Origin: Centroscyllium fabricii | Taxonomy: Eukaryota | DNA length: 64,000 nucleotides | Direction: 5' to 3' | Assembly (NCBI GenBank): GCA_051313645.2 | Contig: JBNRSN020000024.1 | Coordinates: forward strand, 84,382,001 to 84,446,000 | In this document: in pieces, positions 57,468 to 64,000 of the stretch | Position numbering within the stretch: the stretch's first letter is position 1 | Layout of the letters: every line of letters starts with the position of its first letter | Made by a program: the position numbers and the translations under genes | Notes under the pieces: model-generated | Told to the model about the DNA's origin: nothing | Databases searched by the model: none | What the model saw: only the letters and a program-made list of their open reading frames with translations

Positions 57468-59101
57468 CTCAAGACAGAAAGTTCAGAGAGAAACTGTTCT
57501 ACATAATTCCATAAAATCATTTTCTTGCGGATGTTTGACAGACCCTGACTCTGAAACCCAATCGATATTTGATTCCTGTCTCCCCCTCACACCCTGAACT
57601 ATCAGATCCCCAGATAAAATGCGTTTCTCTGCCACACTAACATGCTCTCTGCCACCGGCTCTCCCCAGATTCCCAGACAGCCCCCTTTTTAAATTCACCA
57701 TCTATTTCTCAAACAGGCGCTCGGCCAACGCAACTTTATTAAACTGGGTCCAGTCTGAAATATTTCGCGTTTCCAAACCTCCGCCACAGGACGGGCCAAA
57801 ATGTCACCAGATGGTTTGTGAGGAAGAAGGCCCTTCGGCCCCTCGGAGCGTCTCCTTCCCCAATATCACCTCTCCCCGTTCACACTTTCAGGCTGTTTCT
57901 CACTGGTCCGCTGTTCCAGCCTCCACACACCATCCTGCCCATACTGTCCAGGTACTGATGGCGCCTCCCAACAGAATTTCTGATCAGTGAGGTAAAAGAT
58001 TGTAGAAATTAAATCCACATTTTATGAGATTATTTGACAATATTCTGAATTCTGGAGTTTTCATAAACTGTTTACATAAACTTATAAAATGCTAAAGTTT
58101 TCAAAAACATTCTACAGACCACAGTCCACTCTTCCAGCCCTGTGCCTCCATTGGGAGCTTTACTCTGGGATAGGGATGGGGTGGGAGAGGGTATTTACCC
58201 GGATACTTAAACAGAATGTGGTCATATTGAGAAATGGGGGGGGGGGGGGGGACGACTCCGTACACCTGCCATATCGATCCCAGCCCTTCCAAATAGGACG
58301 TGGGAGGGGAAGAGAGATGGTTAAAATCCTCAAGTTCAAAGACAAACACATGAATTTCCAGGCAGCGTTCAAATTTTTAGGGCGGTTTTTAGCAAACCAG
58401 CTGCCATAGTTAGGATGGGTGGATATGTTTTCCCGCTGAGGTCGATTTTATGCACCAGATTCCCAAACACCGTTAATGATTCTTTATTGTACACGTATAT
58501 TGTTAAAGAACATTCTCCTGTCTCACAATAAGCAGTAAATACAAACATTACAATATATTCCACTTCCAGATTGAATATTCGAATCAAATTCGTTTTACTA
58601 TCTATTGAGACACAGGATATTTTTTCTATAAATTAGATATTTGAAAGATTCAGATCAGAAGATGCCAATAAAAAGAGACAAGGCTGGAAATTTACAACAG
58701 TTCTGAAAGAGAATACTTTCAGGGGTGATGCCTTCATCAGAACTCAAAACATGTGCCCACCCCAAACCTGGCAAAATAGGGCACTGCCCCCCTCCACTGC
58801 AGGGCACATGGTCAATGGCTCGATTGGGGTGAGACACCAACTACAGTTTGTTCAATTCCATTGTTGGTAGCGTCAGGTGATATATTGATGGACATCGACT
58901 GGTTATCTCCAGCAGCACGACTGGCTTTTATTCCGCTATATGAGGCTGTTCTTCCTTTTCTTTCCAACAAGCAGTGATGCCACCCCCCCCCCCCCCCCCC
59001 CACCCTGCTCCCAACATGCACACACTTCATTGCCGGAACAATCTCTATTCAAGCCCACAAAACATGATTCAAATCTTGGATATGTTGCTCAAGGTGTGCT
59101 C

Positions 59102-61630
59102 ACATTACAAACCTCCCATTAGAAACTTCCCTTACAAACCTCCCATTACAAACCTCCCATTACAAATCTCACATTACAAACCTCCCATTACAAATCCCCC
59201 AGCACAAATCCCCCAACACAAATCCCCCAACACAAATCTCCCAACACAAATCCCCCAGCACAAATCCCCCAGCACAAATCTCCCAACACAAATCCCCCAG
59301 CACAATTCCCCAGCACAAATCCCCCAGCACAAATCCCCCAGCACAAATCTCCCAACACAAATCCCCCAGCACAAATCCCCCAACACAAATCTCCCAACAC
59401 AAATCCCCCAGCACAAATCCCCCAACACAAATCTCCCAGCACAAATCTCCCAACACAAATCTCCCAACACAAATCCCCCAACACAAATCCCCCAACACAA
59501 ATCCCCCAGCACAAATCTCCCAACACAAATCCCCCAGCACAAATCTCCCAGCACAAATCTCCCAACACAAATCCCCAACACAAATCCCCCAGCACAAATC
59601 TCCCAACACAAATCACCCAACACAAATCCCCCAACACAAATCTCCCAACACAAATCGCCCAACACAAACCTCCCAACACAAATCTCCCAACACAAATCCC
59701 CCAACACAAATCTCCCAACACAAATCCCCCCAACACAAATCCCCCAGCACAAATCTCCCAACACAAATGCCCCAACACAAATCCCCCAGCACAAATCCCC
59801 CAGCATAAATCCCCCAACACAAATCCCCCAGCACAAATCCCCCAACACAAATCTCCCAACACTAATCGCCCAACACAAATCCCCCAGCACAAATCCCCCA
59901 ACACAAATCTCCCAACACAAATCTCCCAACACAAATCCCCCAGCACAAATCCCCCAACACAAATCTCCCAACACAAATCTCCCAACACAAATCTCCCAAC
60001 ACAAATCCCCCAGCACAAATCTCCCAACACAAATCTCCCAACACAAATCTCCCAACACAAATCTCCCAACACAAATCCCCCAGCACAAATCCCCCAACAC
60101 AAATCTCCCAACACAAATCTCCCAACACAAATCTCCCAACACAAATCCCCCAGCACAAATCCCCCAACACAAATCTCCCAACACAAATCTCCCAACACAA
60201 ATCTCCCAACACAAATCTCCCAACACAAATCTCCCAACACAAATCTCCCAGCACAAATCTCCCAGCACAAATCCCCCAACACAAATCTCCCAACACAAAT
60301 CCCCCAGCACAAATCTCCCAACACAAATCCCCCAACACAAATTTCCCAACACAACTCTCCCAACACAAATCTCCCAACACAAATTTCCCAACACAAATCT
60401 CCCAACACAAATCTCCCAACACAAATCTCCCAACACAAATCCCCCAACACAAATCCCCCAACACAAATTTCCCAACACAAATCTCCCAACACAAATCTCC
60501 CAACACAAATTTCCCAACACAATTCCCCCAACACAAATCTCCCAACACAAATCCCCCAACATAAATCTCCCAACACAAATCCCCCAACACAAATTTCCCA
60601 ACACAAATCTCCCAACACAAATCTCCCAACACAAATCCCCCAGCACAAATCCCCCAGCACAAATCTCCCAACACAAATCCCCCAACACTAATCTCCCAAC
60701 ACAAATCTCCCAGCACAAATCTCCCAGCACAAATCTCCCAGCACAAATCCCCCAGCATAAATCTCCCAGCACAAATCTCCCAACACAAATCTCCCAACAC
60801 AAATCCCCCAACACAAATCTCCCAACACAAATCCCCCAACACAAATCTCCCAGCACAAATCTCCCAGCACAAATCTCCCAACACAAATCCCCCAACACAA
60901 ATCTCCCAACACAAATCTCCCAGCACAAATCTCCCAGCACAAATTTCCCAACACAAATCTCCCAACACAAATCTCCCAACACAAATCCCCCAGCACAAAT
61001 CTCCCAACACAAATCCCCAGCATAAATCTCCCAACACAAATCTCCCAACACAAATCCCCCAACACAAATCTCACAACACAAATCTCCCAACACAAATCTC
61101 CCAACACAAATCCCCCAACACAAATCTCCCAACACAAATCTCCCAACACAAATCTCCCAACACAAATCTCCCAACACAAATCTCCCAGCACAAATCCCCC
61201 AACACAAATCTCCCAACACAAATCTCCCAACACAAATCTCCCAGCACAAATCTCCCAGCACAAATCTCCCAACACAAATCTCCCAACACAAATCTCCCAA
61301 CACAAATCTCCCAACACAAATCTCTGAACACAAATCCCCCAGCACAAATCTCCCAGCACAAATCTCCCAACACAAATCTCCCAACACAAATCTCCCAGCA
61401 CAAATCTCCCAGCACAAATCTCCCAACACAAATCTCCCAACACAAATCTCCCAGCACAAATCTCCCAACACAAATCTCCCAACACAAATCTCCGAACACA
61501 AATCCCCCAACACAAATCTCCCAACACAAATCTCCCAGCACAAATCTCCCAACACAAATCTCCCAGCACAAATCTCCCAACACAAATCTCCCAACACAAA
61601 TCTCCCAACACAAATTTCCCAACACAAACC
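59102..61630. repeat. 14-bp satellite (CACAAATC[T/C]CCCA[A/G])n, about 180 copies
   Basis: 14-nt periodicity. The first units (59102-59195) are a variant, TTACAAACCTCCCA. Confidence 0.97.
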
Positions 61631-61667
61631 TTTCTCACAAATCTTCCAAACCGCCTTAAAAAGCCCC

Positions 61668-62012
61668 ATGGCTCCTTTGGTTGAGCTGGTAACACTGTTG
61701 TCTCTGGATCAAAATGTTATGGATTCCTAGGGCTTGAAATCAATGTTGTTTAAGACTCCTGTATAGCACTGGGGGAGTGCTGCAGGTTCGGAGCTGTGCC
61801 TCTTCCAGTCCAATGTGTCAGTTAAGGCAGATGTTAAAGATCCTATTGCACTATTCAAGGGCAAGCAAAGAATTCTCCCTGTGCCCCTCAACTAGATGAT
61901 AGTAGAAAGGACAAACTTCTGTTTGTGGGATGTGTCTACCGTTTGCCTTTCTGACAATAGTTACTGCACTTCAAAAAGGAAGTAATTGTGTGAAGTATAT
62001 ATAAACACAAGT
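61668..62012 (+). mobile_element. Highly decayed SacSINE1/DeuSINE-like element
   Basis: tRNA-like head, then gcactgggggagtgctgca..gatgttaaagatcctattgcactatt..tgtttgtgggat..tgcacttcaaaa..tatataaa. Similar to 28730-28912. Confidence 0.55.
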
Positions 62013-62734
62013 GCAATAGTATACAGAATACAAAGGGCCTCATATTAGAAATTGGAAGATCATATATATCAAGAACACCATTGAATTGTCCAAGACTTTC
62101 TCAAGAACTTAGCGCATTCAGAAACCTCTGTTCTACATCTAATCTGTGTTTTAAAGTCGATAGTGTCAATTATTTTGTTAATTTTTCAGTTTTGAAGGGA
62201 CTTTAAAGGTATGAGGTTATCAGACATGTTGATGTTATACAGGTGACAATGTGATGAGAATGGATTAAGATCACTGGTGAAGTTCAGGAACATCTGCTCA
62301 AAACTGAATAGTCAAAGGTTCTGGGACTTTATACGGAGCCTCCTCAGTAGCAGCTGATCGGTGGCTCTATTTTATAAAATGTTGGGATGGATAAAAAAAA
62401 ATCCTGCTCACTGTCATATGCTTGGCACAGATTGGGTATATAATGCATTGGGCATGGAGTGAGAATATATTCCAAATGACCCTTTCAAAACAAAAATGGC
62501 TATAAATGACTGTACAATCCATGCCCCTCGGGTAAATACAGTAGTGAGGATGTGTAATCCCATTGAGTGCAAAATGGGTACAAATCATCCCATTCGGCAC
62601 ATACTGGGTATGTGTAAGCGTCTTGGGTGCAAAATGGATATGTGCAATCCCATTGAGAATGGAATGGGTACATATGATTCCATTGGGAGTGAATTGGGTA
62701 CAGAGGGGATATCTGTAATCACATTGGGTTGCCA

Positions 62735-63072
62735 AAGGCTGTTCTTGGTGACCGGGGAGTCCAGAACCAGGGGTCACAGTCTAAGGATAAGGGTAAGTCA
62801 TTTAGGAAAGAGATGAGGAGGAATTTCTTCACCCAGAGTGGTGCACCTGTGGAATTCTCTGCCACAGAGGGCGGTGGAGGCCAATTCATTAAATATATTC
62901 AAGAAGGAGTTAGATATATTTCTTAAGGCTAAAGGGATCAAGCGATATGGGGAGAAAGCAGGAACAGGGTACTGAGTTTGAATGATCAGCCATGATTTCA
63001 TTGAATGGCGGAGCAGGCTCGAGGGGCAGAATGGCCGACTCCTGCTCCGATCTTCTATGCTTCTATGTTTCT
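62735..63072 (+). mobile_element. CR1 LINE 3' end
   Basis: GESRTRGHSLRI.., aggaatttcttcacccagag..tgtggaattctctgccacag, tail gaatggcggagcaggctcgagggg..ctcctgctcc and (ttctatgt)n. Confidence 0.9.
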
Positions 63073-63114
63073 ATAACCTTCCTGTGTACAGAGGGAGTAT
63101 CTGTAATCTTACTG

Positions 63115-63470
63115 TGTACAGAGTGGGGAGTGTAAACCACTGGGTACAGAGTGGGGAGTATAAACCACTGGGTACAGAGTGGGGAGTATAAACCACTGGG
63201 TACAGAGTGGGGAGTGTAAACCACTGGGTACAGAGTGGGGAGTGTAAACCACTGGGTATAGAGTGGGGAGTATAAACCACTGGGTACAGAGTGGGGAGTG
63301 TAAACCACTGGGTACAGAGTGGGGGGTATAAACCACTGGGTACAGAGTGGGGAGTGTAAACCACTGGGTACAGAGTGGGGGGTATAAACCACTGGGTACA
63401 GAGTGGGGAGTGTAAACCACTGGGTACAGAGTGGGGAGTATAAACCACTGGGTACAGAGTGGGGAGTGTA
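63115..63470. repeat. 28-bp minisatellite (GTACAGAGTGGGGAGT[G/A]TAAACCACTGG)n, about 12.5 copies
   Basis: GAGTGGGG starts at 63121, 63149, 63177 and so on. Confidence 0.96.
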
Positions 63471-63904
63471 ATTCATTGGCTGGAGATGAGATATGTGAAA
63501 CCTCATTGGTACATACTGGGTTAGACCCACCAGTCCTGCATCAGTTTCTAAGGGCCCTATCCATTCCCTTATGTTATTTGAAATAATTAAATTCCCAATT
63601 TAAGGGTTTGAGGACACCTTTTAAAATGATTTGTAACATTCTGGATCTCATCTGAAGGGTTGTCGCTTGTCCTTGAAAAGGAACACCCACGATTTCAGTA
63701 AAATTAATGCCACAAACACAACATTGAGGTGATTGTCCACTGACCTGTCACTCCTGCTCCCCAGGTGACTGGATGTCTGGTGAAGGCAGATACTCACTCC
63801 CATCACCTTCTTGTCCTGATCTAAAGTTCTTCCTCTGAATCCACTCCAGGGCTTGATAACCGGTGATAATTACTGAGTATATAGTGGATATGCGACATTT
63901 TGTA

Positions 63905-64000
63905 CAGAATGGGTAACTAGCGGGTAGGTGGAGTTAAGATACAGCATGATCTAATTGAATGATGTAACAGACTTGAGGGGCTCAATAGCCTCCTCCTGTT
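63905..64000 (+). mobile_element. CR1 3' tail fragment
   Basis: gcgggtaggtggagttaagatacagcatgatctaattgaatg..gaggggctcaatagcctcctcctgtt. Confidence 0.65.

Noticed and set aside
58974-61695. 683-831 aa repeat ORFs (QIPQHKSPNTNLPT / GDLCWEICVGRFVL)
   Set aside because: The 14-aa period equals three 14-bp units, and the same peptide appears in all frames, so this is a DNA-level repeat.
48400-64000. Terminal exon of BCAS3, expected upstream by synteny
   Set aside because: I could not recognise any BCAS3-like peptide on the minus strand; a tBLASTn search is needed.

Overview
This is a vertebrate window, very likely from a cartilaginous fish (HE1-type tRNA/V-SINEs, SacSINE1-like DeuSINEs and shark-type CR1 and Penelope-like repeats, all recognised from memory). 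It holds one protein-coding gene, TBX2, on the minus strand. The 7 coding exons run from 35211 to 21639, all introns are GT-AG with consistent phases, and the 2106-nt CDS gives 701 aa. A ~0.95-kb 3' UTR, a CpG-rich promoter and several candidate enhancer and CTCF elements surround it. The flanks are rich in repeats: an 8.3-kb 12-bp satellite with higher-order duplications, a CR1 nested in another CR1 with a TSD, four co-oriented RSg-1/RTE-X-like LINE insertions in TC microsatellites, 14-, 20- and 28-bp tandem arrays, and N-masked simple repeats. Most long ORFs in the supplied track are artefacts of these tandem repeats. I found no evidence for a new multi-gene system. The most notable details are palindromic Penelope-type relics with hammerhead-ribozyme-like cores (one in TBX2 intron 6), the microsatellite-targeting LINE cluster, and a 3-codon uORF overlapping the TBX2 start codon.
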